NCBI GenBank assembly: GCA_963753975.1
Contig: CAVWEH010000001.1
Location: 224,001-288,000, forward strand
Source: an uncultured delta proteobacterium
Lineage (GTDB): Bacteria; Desulfobacterota; Syntrophia; Syntrophales; Smithellaceae
Direction of reading: 5' to 3'
DNA length: 64,000 nt
The position numbers were made by a program, and so were the translations under genes. Numbering within the stretch: the stretch's first letter is position 1; each line of letters opens with the position of its first letter. The notes beneath the pieces were generated by a model. That model saw nothing but the letters and a program-made list of their open reading frames with translations. It did not search any database and was not told where the DNA came from. Below, in pieces: positions 20,038-31,289 of the stretch.

Positions 20038-20628
20038 ATGAAAATTACTAGTGCGGAATTTATAAAAAGCGCCGTATGGCCTCCTCAATATCCACCGGCG
20101 ACATTGCCGGAGATAGCTTTCGTGGGTCGCTCCAACGTGGGCAAATCATCTTTGATCAACACGCTGGTCGGGCGCAAAAATCTGGCTAAAACGAGCAATA
20201 CTCCGGGGCGGACGCAGTTGATCAATTTTTTCTCCATTAACGAAAGCATTTCATTTGTTGATTTGCCTGGATATGGCTTTGCCAGAGTTCCTCAGTCTGT
20301 TAAGAAAAGCTGGGGGGAAATGGTGGAGACTTATCTTCAGGAACGGAAGAACCTCGCATTGGTGATTTTTATTTTAGATATCCGGCGTGATCTAAGTGAA
20401 GATGATTTGTCTTTGCGGGATTGGTTGGAGCATTACCGGATAGCTTATTTGTACGTTTTAACAAAGACTGATAAATTGTCCAATAATCAGGCTATAAGTC
20501 AACAGACTAAAATCGAACGCGTTCTGCATGTGGAAGCGGGGAGGGGAATAATCCTCTTTTCCACTAAAACCGGGCAAGGTAAAAATGATATTTGGCAGGT
20601 ATTGGAAGAATATCTGCGGTTGCCGTAA
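20038..20628 (+). CDS. engB: Ribosome biogenesis GTPase YihA/YsxC
   Basis: GRSNVGKSS, DLPGYG, TKTDK motifs. Confidence 0.96.
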   Translation: MKITSAEFIKSAVWPPQYPPATLPEIAFVGRSNVGKSSLINTLVGRKNLAKTSNTPGRTQLINFFSINESISFVDLPGYGFARVPQSVKKSWGEMVETYLQERKNLALVIFILDIRRDLSEDDLSLRDWLEHYRIAYLYVLTKTDKLSNNQAISQQTKIERVLHVEAGRGIILFSTKTGQGKNDIWQVLEEYLRLP

Positions 20629-20830
20629 AGAAAGGATCTATAAGTATATAATCAGTAGATTATTTTATATAGCTTGGCTTTGAGTCATGGTTTGAAAAAA
20701 TATTCTTGCCATGTATAAACTCGGCAGAATATAGATAATTTTGAAAGAAACTGTCTCTAATTAAGAATCCTGATTTACTAGTAATTTTCATCTTTACACA
20801 ATTTTAACAAGGTTGAAAAACAAATTTATC

Positions 20831-20845
20831 TTGACCGATGGTCAA
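20831..20845. promoter_or_regulatory. Palindromic operator candidate upstream of the hdr-flx cluster
   Basis: TTGACC-GAT-GGTCAA overlapping a -35-like hexamer, with TATAAT downstream. Confidence 0.5.
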
Positions 20846-21003
20846 AAATTTTTTATATAATATGCATTAACAAAGAAGACATAAAAGAAGCTGCTAACCT
20901 TGACAGGATGATTAAATTATGTTAGCGGAGCCCAGTTTATCCGACCGTAAATTAAGTAATATTTTAAAGGCTTTGCATATAGAGAATATATAAGGGGTAT
21001 CAA

Positions 21004-24000
21004 GTGCTAAAAGATAACGAAAAAGTTGGTGCAGTAATGGTAGTTGGCGCGGGAATCGCCGGCATTCAGGCGTCCCTCGATTTAGCCAATTCCGGAATGA
21101 AGGTATATCTCGTAGAAAACGGAATCAGTATCGGCGGCGTCATGGCGCAGCTCGATAAGACCTTCCCTACAAATGACTGTTCTGCCTGTATATTATCGCC
21201 AAAACTCGTCGAAGTAGGTCGTCATCCCAACGTAGAAATCAAGACACGCAGGACTGTGGAGTCAGTCGAAGGTGAACCGGGTAAATTTAAAGTTAAATTA
21301 ACCAGTGCTCCACGCTTTGTTAATCTGGATAAATGTACGGGCTGCGGCGATTGTGCCAATGTTTGTCCCGTTTCTGTAAAGGCTGAATTCAATGGTAATT
21401 TGAGCGAGAGAAAAGCAATTTACCGCCATTTTCCCCAGGCTATTCCCAGTGGTTTTGCGATCGATAAACTGGGTACTTCTCCCTGTAAGGCCAATTGTCC
21501 GACGCACATCAGTGTCCAGGGTTACGTCGCTTTGATCGGCCAGGGTAAATTTAAAGAAGCGCTCAAACTGATCAAACAGGATAATCCCTTCCCGATCGTT
21601 TGCGGCCGCGTCTGCAACCATCCCTGCGAGACGGCTTGTATGCGCGGGAAAGTGGATGATCCTATCGATATTATGCATTTGAAGCGCTTTGTCGCTGATC
21701 TTGATCTCGCGAGTGATACGCGCTATCTGCCGGAAAAGAAGGAAAGCAAAGGCAAGAAAGTTGCCGTTATCGGCGCTGGGCCTTCGGGACTTACCTGCGC
21801 TTATTATCTGGCCATCGAAGGCTACGCTGTGGAAGTTTTTGAAGCCCTGCCTGTGGCGGGCGGCTGGATGGCCGTTGGTATTCCCGAATACCGCCTCCCC
21901 AAGAATGTTTTAAATGCGGAAATCAAAGTCATTCAAGATCTGGGTGTCAAGATTCACCTCAATACAAAAATTGGGAAAGATATTTCTTTTGATCAGCTTC
22001 GGAAAGATTATGGCGCGATATTCATCGGCTGCGGTACGATGAAGAGCAGCAAGCTCAATATTCCCGGTGAAGATATGCAGGGCGTTGTTCATGGCGTTGA
22101 TTATCTGATGAAAATCAACCTCGGAGAGAAGGTATCTTTGGGTGACAGAGTAGCCGTCATCGGCGGTGGCAATGTGGCCATGGATGCTGTTCGTACAGCT
22201 GTTCGCACCGGTTCCAAGAATGTATTCATTCTCTATCGGAGGACCCGTGCGGAAATGCCCGCTTCACCTGAAGAGATTGAGGAGGCTATCGAAGAAGGAA
22301 TTGAAATGAAATTCCTCGTGGCCCCGAAGCGCGTCGTGGGCAAAGACGGAAAAGTCACCGGTATCGAATGCACCCGTATGGAATTGGGTGAACCGGATCA
22401 AAGCGGCCGTCGCCGTCCCATCGAAATCAAAGGTTCTGAGTTTATCGTCGAATGCGACGCTATCGTTCCGGCTATCGGTCAGGAAGCAGACCTCTCCTTT
22501 ATCACCAAGGAAAGCGGCGTTTTCATCAATAAATGGAATAACGTTGATTACGATAAAGTAACTTACGCGACAAACATCGCCGGTGTTTTCTCCGGGGGCG
22601 ACGTCGTTACCGGACCGCAAACAGTCGTTAAGGCTGTTTATTCCGGTAAAGAAGCGGCTAAGTCTATCAATCGCTATCTCATGGGCGAAGATGTCCAACT
22701 CGACCGCGAAAAAGATTGGACAAAAGACCTGGCCGATAAAGCTGACGTCTCGAATGTGCCCAAGAGCCCCCGCAAAAAATATCCGCTGATGAAACCAGCA
22801 GAACGCCGCACAAATTTTAAGGAAGTCGGCATCGGTTTTGATGAAACGCAGGCTGTGGCTGAAGCACTGCGTTGTTTGAATTGCGGCATTTGTTCCGAAT
22901 GTTATCAGTGCGTGGAAGCCTGTATTGCCAAAGCCGTTGACCATGATATGAAGGTTGAAGAAGAAACCATTGAAGTCGGCGCAGTCATTGCATCGCCTGG
23001 TTTTGAAATATTTGATGCTCGTATTCGCGGTGAATATGGTTATGGAATTTATAAGAATGTCGTCTCGGCGATTCAATTTGAAAGAATTCTGTCCGCATCC
23101 GGTCCTTTCTTCGGTCATGTACAGAGAATATCCGACGGTAAGGAACCGAAGAAGATTGCGTTCATTCAATGCGTCGGCTCACGCGACGTGTCCTGCGACA
23201 ACAGCTGGTGCTCGTCGGTTTGCTGTATGTACGCGACGAAGGAAGCGATCATCGGTAAGGAACATGCCAAGGGATTGGAACCGACAATTTTCTACATGGA
23301 CATTCGCGCTCACGGCAAGGACTTCGATCGTTTTGTCAATCGCGCCAAAGAAGAATACGGCATTCGCTATATCCGTTCGATGCCATCAGTGATTAAAGAA
23401 CTGCAGCAGACCAATAATCTGCTCATTAAATATGTTAATCAGGACGGAACATTTACCGACGAAGAATTCGACATGGTTGTTCTTTCCGTCGGTCTGATGC
23501 CGCCTAAAGAAGCCAAAAAGCTGGCTGGTAGTCTCGGAATCGAGTTGGAAGGGCATGGATTCTGTAAGACACAGTTGGAAAATCCGGTTCAGACATCGCG
23601 CCCCGGAGTTTTTGTCTGCGGCGCATTCGGCGGACCGAAAGATATTCCGGAAACAGTTATGGAAGCCAGTGCCGCCGCCGCCTGCGCGGAAGGACTGCTG
23701 GCCGCCAGACGCGGTACGATGATCACCGCAGAAGAAAATCCTGAAGAAAAAGATTTGCGCGGCACTGGAGTGCGCACCGGTGTGTTTGTCTGCCACTGCG
23801 GCATCAATATCGGCGGCGTTGTCGACGTGCCCGAAGTCCGCGACTATGCCGCGACATTGCCTACGGTCGTCTATTCGGCCGATAATCTCTTTACCTGTTC
23901 GCAGGATACGGCCGTGAAGATGGCCGAAGTCATCAAAGAAAAAAATCTGACCCGAGTTGTTGTTGCTTCCTGCTCGCCCCGTACCCATGAAGGTTTGTTC

Positions 24001-25432
24001 CAGGAAAACTGCGAGAAGGCCGGATTGAACAGATATTTGTTTGAGATGGCCAATATCCGTGACCAGAATTCCTGGGTGCATATGCATGAACCCGAAGCGG
24101 CAACTCAGAAAGCCAAAGACCTGTTGCGCATGGCGGTAGCCAAAGCCCAGTATTTAAAACCCTTAAAACCGGGCCAGCTTTCCGTCAATCATCAGGCGTT
24201 GATTATCGGCGGTGGTTTGGCCGGTATGACCGCGGCCCTATCTCTGGCTGATCAAGGGTTTGCCTCGCTGATTGTGGAAAAAGAAGAACGCCTGGGCGGT
24301 AATTACAATCACCTTTATAAAACACTGGAAGGTCTGGATACGCGCGCTCACCTGAAGAATCTTCTGGAAAAAGTTTACAAGAATCCTTTGATTCAGGTAG
24401 CTACCGGCGCGAAGATCGAGAAGATCGAAGGCTTTATCGGCAATTACAAAACAACGGTCAAAGTTAAGGAAGGCGAAAAAGTTTTCGAGCATGGTGTGGT
24501 AATTGTGGCCACCGGCGCCAACGAAAATAAGCCCAAAGAATATCTCTACGGCCAAAGCGCGAAGGTGAAGACGCAAAGAGAGCTGGAAACGCTGATTTAT
24601 GAAAAAGACCCTGAACTCGCGGCTGTGAAAAATATTGTGATGATCCAGTGTGTCGGTTCGCGCGATAAGGAGAGGCCTTATTGCAGCCGTTACTGCTGCT
24701 CCGAAGCGGTTAAAAACGCACTGGAACTCAAAGCTGCCGATCCCTCCCGCGACATCACGATTCTTTACCGTGACATCCGCACCTTTGCTTTTAAAGAGGA
24801 CTATTACAAAAAAGCGCGTGAGGCCAATATTAAATTCATATCCTTCGAAGAGGATCAGAAAGCCTCAAGTTGTTGCCGCAGGCGACAAGGTCGAAGTAAA
24901 AGTATTTGATCCGATTCTTAATGAAGCGGTTGTTTTGCCGGCGGATGTTGTGGCACTCAGTGTCGGTGTAGTGCCTAATCCCGGAAACGCCGCCATCGGT
25001 CAAATGCTGAAAGTACCCACCAATCAGGATGGGTTCTTCCTCGAGGCGCACGTGAAATTACGTCCGGTGGATTTTCAGACGGACGGTGTGTTTATGTGCG
25101 GGATGGCGCATTCACCAAAATTCAGCGACGAATCGATAACTCAGGCAAACGCCGCCGTGTCGCGTGCCTGCACGATCCTCACCCTCGATTTCATTGAGGC
25201 GGAAGGCAAGACTGCTTATGTTAATAAGGATAGATGTTCGGCTTGCGGTCTTTGCGAAATCAACTGTCCATACAGCGCGATCCAGGTGGATCTTAAAGAA
25301 GGCTGCGCTGTCGTCAATACTGTTTTGTGCAAAGGCTGCGGAGTCTGTACGGCATCCTGCCGCATGAACGCGGTTGATTTAAACGGATTTAACAATGAAG
25401 AAGTGCTGGCGCAAATCGATAACTTAAATTAG
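21004..25432 (+). CDS. HdrL-type heterodisulfide reductase A protein (tandem HdrA modules with an inserted GltD/NfnB-like NAD(P)H domain); one +1 frameshift near 24860
   Basis: GAGIAG..FPTNDC, GAGPSG/GGGNVA, two IQCVGSRD..C..CC motifs, CHCGINI, C-terminal 2x[4Fe-4S]; ORFs 21004-24909 and 24650-25432 join if one base is removed. Confidence 0.9.
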
Positions 25433-25477
25433 AGCAAAAAAGCGGCAGGATGTGAAAAGCCGAAAGATGGAGAATAT

Positions 25478-25918
25478 ATGGCTGAGAATTTGGCAAGTAA
25501 AGGGTGGGAACCGAAAATTGTTGCCATCGTCTGTAACTGGTGTACTTATGCCGGAGCCGATCTGGCGGGGATCAGCAGAATTCAGTATCCACCGAATGTA
25601 AGAATTATCCGCGTTCCCTGCACCGGAAGAATCAATCCTTTCTATATTGTGAAGGCCCTGCAGACCGGCGCCGACGGAGTTTTGGTTTCCGGCTGTCATC
25701 CCGGCGAGTGCCATTATATATCGGGAAATTTAGTTGCGCGCCGGAAGTTTGCCGCCCTGAAGAGTTTTTTGTCGTATATCGGCATGGAAGGTGACAGAAC
25801 CATGTTCACCTGGGTTTCCGCATCCGAAGGCGACCGCTTCGCGCAGGTCATTAAAGGTGTAACCGCCAAGGTGAAGGCTTTAGGACCGGCCACTAAGCTA
25901 AAAAAGAAACTTGGTTAA
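25478..25918 (+). CDS. mvhD: MvhD/FlxD [2Fe-2S] subunit
   Basis: CNWCTYAGAD, RVPCTGR, GCHPGECHY, WVSASEG. Confidence 0.93.
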   Translation: MAENLASKGWEPKIVAIVCNWCTYAGADLAGISRIQYPPNVRIIRVPCTGRINPFYIVKALQTGADGVLVSGCHPGECHYISGNLVARRKFAALKSFLSYIGMEGDRTMFTWVSASEGDRFAQVIKGVTAKVKALGPATKLKKKLG

Positions 25919-25960
25919 ATTGGGAATAAAAGAATTAAACTAAACGGGGAAACAATTACT

Positions 25961-26968
25961 GTGGAAAACATCGAAACAAAATTGCGGGAAGAAGCAAAAA
26001 GGCTGCTCTTGGAAAAAAAGGCCGATGTCATTGTCGGCTATGAAAAGGGCACGCTTCCACTCACGGCAACGCCTTGTTTTATCACGACGCCGGAAGAAGC
26101 TGATAAGCTGGTATGGAATGACCTCTGCACGCAGAATCTGGCTAAATTTGTGCATGATCTGATTACGGCGCATAAAAATTCACAAAAGAGAGTTAAGCCG
26201 GAAGACCGCAAGAAAAAAGTGGTGGGTGTCGTCGCCCGCGGTTGCACAACTCGTTCGCTCATTATCCATCTTCAGGAAAGGCAGTACGGACGTGATGAAG
26301 TTTATATCATCGGCGTGCCCTGTACCGGCTATATGGATGCGAAGAAATTGAAGACCGCGATCAACGGGGCGGATGTCATAGAAGGATCAATTGCCGGCGG
26401 GAAGATCTCGATTAAGACGGAGGGAGGCGATAAGTCGGTTGCCTTAAAAGATGTTTTGGCCGAAAGCTGCCGTACCTGTCGCTTTAACAACCCGATTATT
26501 TCCGATGTCATGGTTGGTGAACCTGCAGCCGCTATGAATCCTGATGCGGAATATAACGATGTCAATGAATTTGAAAAGAAATCGACGGAAGAACGGTGGG
26601 CATATTTTATCAAGGAAATGGAAAAGTGTATCCGCTGTAATGCCTGTCGCCAGGCCTGTCCTTCCTGCTACTGCCCGACTTGCTTTGTGGAACAGAGTCA
26701 ACCCCAGTGGGTAGGTATCGGTGAAGACAAGACTGATACGCAGGTATTTCAGCTCATGCGTCTCTACCATATGGTCGGACGTTGTGTTGATTGCGGTTCC
26801 TGTGTAGCCGTTTGTCCGATGGGCGTTGATCTGCGCAAGTTCTTGAAGAAGATCGACAAGGACTGCTTTGAGCTTTTCGGCAACCGGGCCGGTTCTTCGA
26901 TGGAGGATACGCCGCCGCTCGGCAAATACAGCGAAAATGATAAAGAAGAATTTATCTTCAACCCATAA
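25961..26968 (+). CDS. FlxC-like iron-sulfur protein
   Basis: CIRCNACRQACPSCYCPTC and CVDCGSCVAVCP; follows mvhD. Confidence 0.85.
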   Translation: MENIETKLREEAKRLLLEKKADVIVGYEKGTLPLTATPCFITTPEEADKLVWNDLCTQNLAKFVHDLITAHKNSQKRVKPEDRKKKVVGVVARGCTTRSLIIHLQERQYGRDEVYIIGVPCTGYMDAKKLKTAINGADVIEGSIAGGKISIKTEGGDKSVALKDVLAESCRTCRFNNPIISDVMVGEPAAAMNPDAEYNDVNEFEKKSTEERWAYFIKEMEKCIRCNACRQACPSCYCPTCFVEQSQPQWVGIGEDKTDTQVFQLMRLYHMVGRCVDCGSCVAVCPMGVDLRKFLKKIDKDCFELFGNRAGSSMEDTPPLGKYSENDKEEFIFNP

Positions 26969-26992
26969 TTAGTTAGAGATGATGGAGTAATC

Positions 26993-27522
26993 ATGGAAAC
27001 TTTTCTGGAAGAAGTAAACAGGAAGATCAACGGTGTGCCGCTGCAGCGATGTTATCACTGCCGTAAATGTACGGCTGGCTGCCCCGTGGCGTCGCATATG
27101 GAATATAACCTCAATAAGGTTGTCAGAATGATCCAGAACGGCAAGCGTGATGAGGTACTGAACAGTTCCACAATCTGGATTTGCCTGTCCTGCGAAACTT
27201 GCATTACGCGCTGCCCCAACGAGATCGATATTGCCCGCATGATGGATGTGTTGAGAGAGATGGCCCTTGAAGAAGGCATCGGTGCCCGCGAAAAGAATGT
27301 GTTGAAATTCCATGATGCATTCCTCGCCAATATTAAAATGGGCGGCAGAATCAACGAGCCGCTCATGATGGTTCAATATAAGCTCAAATCCGGGGATTTA
27401 TTCTCCGATGCGTTAATGGGCGTGAGAAATGTTTAGGAAAGGCAAGTTGTCGCTTCTGTCGCCGCGAACGAAGGATATCAAAATCGGTAAAAGATATTTT
27501 TGAGAAAACAAAGCATTCGTAA
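26993..27522 (+). CDS. hdrC: Heterodisulfide reductase subunit C; two apparent +1 frameshifts near the 3' end
   Basis: CYHCRKCTAGCP and CLSCETCITRCP; removing two bases gives MFRKGKLSLLSPRTKDIKSVKDIFEKTKHS*. Confidence 0.85.
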
Positions 27523-27540
27523 AGAAGGCTGAGGAGGTTG

Positions 27541-28392
27541 GTGTTGAAAGTTTCATATTATCCCGGATGTTCGCTGCACGCGACGGGAAAAGAATACGAT
27601 CAGTCAATGAAATCGGTAAGCCACGCTCTGGGAATCGAACTGAAAGAAATCGATGATTGGTCCTGCTGCGGAGCTTCGTCCGCACACAGCACAAATTTTG
27701 ATTTAGCGATTGCGCTCTCGGCGCGCAACCTGATTGCGGCGGAAAAAGAAGCTCTGGATGTAATGGTCCCCTGTGCCGCCTGTTTCAATCGCTTCAAAAT
27801 GGCCGAGCATCATTTAAAAGCCGATAAGAAATTAAAAACAAAGATTGAAGACGTGGTCGGCGCCAGATATCAGGGCGGTATTGCGATTCGTAATCCCATC
27901 GATATCATTTTTAACGAGATCGGCATTGACACGCTCACGACGAAGGTCATGAAGCCCTTGACGGGGTTGAAGCCGGTTTCGTATTACGGCTGTTTGCTTT
28001 TGAGGCCGCCGGATGTCTGCGAGTTTGAAAATTATGAAAATCCTTTTATGCTGGATAAGATCCTGGGCTCAATCGGTGCTGATGTCCAGATGTGGTCTTA
28101 CAAGACAGATTGCTGCGGCGGTTCGCTGGCCATCAGCAAGACCAGTATCGTTGTCGGCATGTGCGATAAGTTGATGGGTGCGGCAAGGGAAGCGGGTGCC
28201 AATTGCGTGGTTACAGCCTGCCCTCTTTGTATGAATAATCTGGATATGAGGCCCAGCAGAAAATTAAAACTGCCGGTGTTTTATTTTACGGAATTAATCG
28301 CTCTGGCCATGGGCTTGGAAGGATCAAGGGAAACATTTAAATCGCACATGGTTGATCCGCAGCCGCTTTTGAAACAATTGCAGCTGATTTAA
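27541..28392 (+). CDS. hdrB: Heterodisulfide reductase subunit B
   Basis: YYPGCS, two CCG motifs, CAAC, ACPLC. Confidence 0.93.
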   Translation: MLKVSYYPGCSLHATGKEYDQSMKSVSHALGIELKEIDDWSCCGASSAHSTNFDLAIALSARNLIAAEKEALDVMVPCAACFNRFKMAEHHLKADKKLKTKIEDVVGARYQGGIAIRNPIDIIFNEIGIDTLTTKVMKPLTGLKPVSYYGCLLLRPPDVCEFENYENPFMLDKILGSIGADVQMWSYKTDCCGGSLAISKTSIVVGMCDKLMGAAREAGANCVVTACPLCMNNLDMRPSRKLKLPVFYFTELIALAMGLEGSRETFKSHMVDPQPLLKQLQLI

Positions 28393-28444
28393 AAAGATTT
28401 ATAAGTTCCGAGGAGCTGAAGAAAATTCTTAATTAGGAAAAAAT

Positions 28445-29467
28445 ATGGAAAAGCGTTTAATAAAAAAAGATGCGCTAGAGAGCATTGCCAAGAAAATGGC
28501 CGGCGACTTCCTGGTTTGGGCGCCGGTAAAAAAAGAAGATAATATTCTTTTTGAGCCGCTGCAGAGAGGCACCGAACCTTTTTTTGCTTATCTGAATTCC
28601 AAGAATGCGCCGAAAAATGTATTTTTCCCGCATACGGAAACTATGATGAAATACACACGCACGCAAAAAGGCATGGCTTTTTCAGCCGAAGAAAACAAGG
28701 CGGATGAGTCGGTATTATTCGGCGTGCGTCCCTGTGATGCCCATAGTTTTGCCCTCTTGGATAAACTTTTCGATCAGGAAAAATACAGGGACGGCTACTA
28801 TATTGCCAAAAGACAGAAAACTACCGTTATTTCTTTAGCTTGCGTTAAACCTCCCTATGCGAGTTGTTTTTGCACATCGGTTGACGGTGAGCCTGTTTCC
28901 TCGGAAGGCGCGGACATTCTCCTGACCGATATCGGGTCCGATTATCTGGTTGAGTTCATTACTCCCAAGGGAGAGAAACTAGCCAGGTATTTCGGTGAAA
29001 CGAAAGCGGATGCTGCTGCCGAGACAAAGAAGAACGAAATTGCGGCGAAAGCCAAAGCAGCCATCACCTCGAAAATTCCCGCTCATGAAATTAAACCGAT
29101 CCTGGATAAAAATTTCGATAATCCCTTCTGGAACACGATTCACTCTAAATGTTTGGCTTGCGGCACCTGCACTTATCTTTGTCCGACGTGCCATTGTTTC
29201 GATATCAGTGACGAAGTGAAAGGCAGCGATGGTGTGCGTATCCGTTCCTGGGATTCCTGCATGTTCCCCTTATTTACAAGGGAAACATCCGGTCACAATC
29301 CACGCCCCTCACAGAAGGAAAGATGGCGTCAGCGCGCCATGCATAAGTTCAAGTACTATGTGGATAATTTTAACGCAATTGCCTGTGTGGGTTGCGGCCG
29401 CTGCGTCATGTATTGTCCCGTGAACATTGATATTCGGAAGATTGTAGAAGATATTTCAAAATTATAA
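28445..29467 (+). CDS. FlxB-like (AsrA family) iron-sulfur protein
   Basis: GVRPCD, CFCTS, CLACGTC..CPTCHCF, WDSC, CVGCGRC..CP. Confidence 0.88.
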   Translation: MEKRLIKKDALESIAKKMAGDFLVWAPVKKEDNILFEPLQRGTEPFFAYLNSKNAPKNVFFPHTETMMKYTRTQKGMAFSAEENKADESVLFGVRPCDAHSFALLDKLFDQEKYRDGYYIAKRQKTTVISLACVKPPYASCFCTSVDGEPVSSEGADILLTDIGSDYLVEFITPKGEKLARYFGETKADAAAETKKNEIAAKAKAAITSKIPAHEIKPILDKNFDNPFWNTIHSKCLACGTCTYLCPTCHCFDISDEVKGSDGVRIRSWDSCMFPLFTRETSGHNPRPSQKERWRQRAMHKFKYYVDNFNAIACVGCGRCVMYCPVNIDIRKIVEDISKL

Positions 29468-29481
29468 TTAGGGAGCTAGTA

Positions 29482-30321
29482 ATGCAAAACCCGTACATAC
29501 CTTATCCCGTTGTCGTGGATAAAATCATAACCGAGGTTGATACGAAGGACATCAAGACTTTTCGCTTTAAATTCGTGAATCCGGAGGATGAAGAAAAATA
29601 TAAATACATCCCCGGCCAGTTTGGGGAGCTTTCCATTTACGGTAAAGGCGAATCGCCCATCGGTATCGCTTCTTCTCCGACGCAAAAGGGCTATGTCGAA
29701 TTCACGGTTCAAAAGGCCGGCGTCGTGACATCGGCTCTTCATGAAATGGAAGAAGGCGCGGTCATGGGTATCCGCGGACCGTTGGGGAATTCCTGGCCGC
29801 TGGGATTTCTGGAGGGGAAAAATATTGTCATTGTCGGTGGCGGTTTTGCTTTCACCACACTGCGTTCGCTGATTAATTATATGATTCACGAGGGTAATCG
29901 CCAGCGCTTCGGCAAGATCACGATTATTTATGGAGCAAGGACACCGGGGCTTCTGCTGTATAAAGATGAATTGGAGCAATGGGGCAAAAGAACCGATTTG
30001 AATCTGAATGTAACTGTTGATAAGGGTGATGCCACTTGGAAGGGCAGGGAAGGTTTTGTTCCTGCAGTATGTAAGGAAGTCGCTCCCAGCAAGGAAAACG
30101 CTGTAGCAGTAATTTGCGGCCCACCCGTGATGATCCGTTTTACCTTGCCGGTATTTTTTGAACTTGGTTTCTCCAAGGAAAATATCATCACCTCTCTGGA
30201 AATGAGGATGAAGTGCGGCATCGGCAAGTGCGGCCGCTGTAATGTCGGCAGCAAATATGTCTGCAAAGATGGTCCGGTCTTTTCGCTCGCGGAGCTGGAT
30301 AAGCTGACCAAAGAGTATTGA
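29482..30321 (+). CDS. FlxA-like FAD/NAD-binding oxidoreductase
   Basis: PGQF, RGPLGN, CGPPVM, MKCGIGKCGRC..C. Confidence 0.9.
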   Translation: MQNPYIPYPVVVDKIITEVDTKDIKTFRFKFVNPEDEEKYKYIPGQFGELSIYGKGESPIGIASSPTQKGYVEFTVQKAGVVTSALHEMEEGAVMGIRGPLGNSWPLGFLEGKNIVIVGGGFAFTTLRSLINYMIHEGNRQRFGKITIIYGARTPGLLLYKDELEQWGKRTDLNLNVTVDKGDATWKGREGFVPAVCKEVAPSKENAVAVICGPPVMIRFTLPVFFELGFSKENIITSLEMRMKCGIGKCGRCNVGSKYVCKDGPVFSLAELDKLTKEY

Positions 30322-30403
30322 TAGTCATTAATAGTCATCAATTTTCATTAATTTTTATTAATAGTTCGGCTAGGGACTTGATGAATTGGGAATTTGCGTA
30401 TAT

Positions 30404-30432
30404 AGAGGGAGCCATTGGACTCCCTTTTTTTG
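30404..30432 (+). terminator. Intrinsic terminator between flxA and nfnA
   Basis: GGGAG-ccattgga-CTCCC followed by a T tract. Confidence 0.6.
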
Positions 30433-30452
30433 TATAATTACGGAGAGAAACT

Positions 30453-31289
30453 TTGAATAACATCATCGAAAAAGAGAATTTATCCGAAAATGTGGTTCGG
30501 ATGATGCTCACAGCACCGGTCATTGCGCAGAAGAGAAAGGCCGGCCAGTTTATCATTTTGAAAATTGATGAAAAAGGGGAACGGATACCCTTGACCATTG
30601 TCGATTCCGATGCCAAGGCCGGAACCGTCACGATCATTTTTCAGGTTGTCGGTAAGACGACAGCGACACTCGCAAAAATGAAAGTGGGCGATACGATTCA
30701 GGACGTGCAGGGGCCGCTGGGAAATCCCACGGAAATCGAGAATTACGGTCGCGTGATCTGCATTGGCGGCGGCGTCGGTGTCGGCGTTGTTTATCCGTTG
30801 GCTGCCGCCCTGAAGAAAGCGGGCAACGAAGTAATTTCCATTATCGGTTCGCGGACAAAGGATCTGCTCATTTTGGAAAAAGAAATGGGCGCAATATCGG
30901 ATAAATTAATTGTAGCGACGGATGACGGCAGTTATGGTTTCCACGGATTTGTAAGTCAGGTGTTGCAGGAAATGATCGATAAAGGCGAGAAGATCGACCG
31001 CGTTTTTGCCATCGGTCCGGTGCCGATGATGAAGGTAGTAAGCGATGTTACCCGGCCGCGGGGCATCAAGACAATCGTCAGCCTGAATTCCATTATGCTC
31101 GATGCGACGGGGATGTGTGGTGCCTGCCGCGTCGTTGTCGGGGGGAAAACGAAATTTACCTGTGTGGACGGCCCGGAATTCGACGGCCATGAAGTTGATT
31201 TTAAGTTGCTTGCCGACCGGTTGAAAATGTATTGCGATCAAGAGCGACAGGCTTACGATCTGCATAAGTGTGGGTGTGATGGAAACTAG
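30453..31289 (+). CDS. nfnA: NADH-dependent ferredoxin:NADP+ oxidoreductase small subunit (NfnA/SudB)
   Basis: GERIPLTI, GPLG, DATGMCGAC, CVDGPEFDG. Confidence 0.9.
   Translation: MNNIIEKENLSENVVRMMLTAPVIAQKRKAGQFIILKIDEKGERIPLTIVDSDAKAGTVTIIFQVVGKTTATLAKMKVGDTIQDVQGPLGNPTEIENYGRVICIGGGVGVGVVYPLAAALKKAGNEVISIIGSRTKDLLILEKEMGAISDKLIVATDDGSYGFHGFVSQVLQEMIDKGEKIDRVFAIGPVPMMKVVSDVTRPRGIKTIVSLNSIMLDATGMCGACRVVVGGKTKFTCVDGPEFDGHEVDFKLLADRLKMYCDQERQAYDLHKCGCDGN

Noticed and set aside
22264..23169. Long antisense ORFs (also 23386-24087, 42267-43106, 62874-63653)
   Set aside because: Shadow frames opposite well-conserved genes, with no recognisable motifs.
24841..24909. Programmed frameshift or pseudogenisation of hdrL
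   Set aside because: A single extra base with no convincing slippery heptamer, both halves intact, and similar insertions in hdrC and kdpA; most likely an assembly error.
25478..25918. Selenocysteine recoding in MvhD or HdrL
   Set aside because: The relevant positions are sense codons (GCHPGECHY), with no in-frame TGA.
27420..27522. Truncated hdrC as a real pseudogene
   Set aside because: Removing two single bases restores a normal C-terminus ending just before the hdrB RBS.
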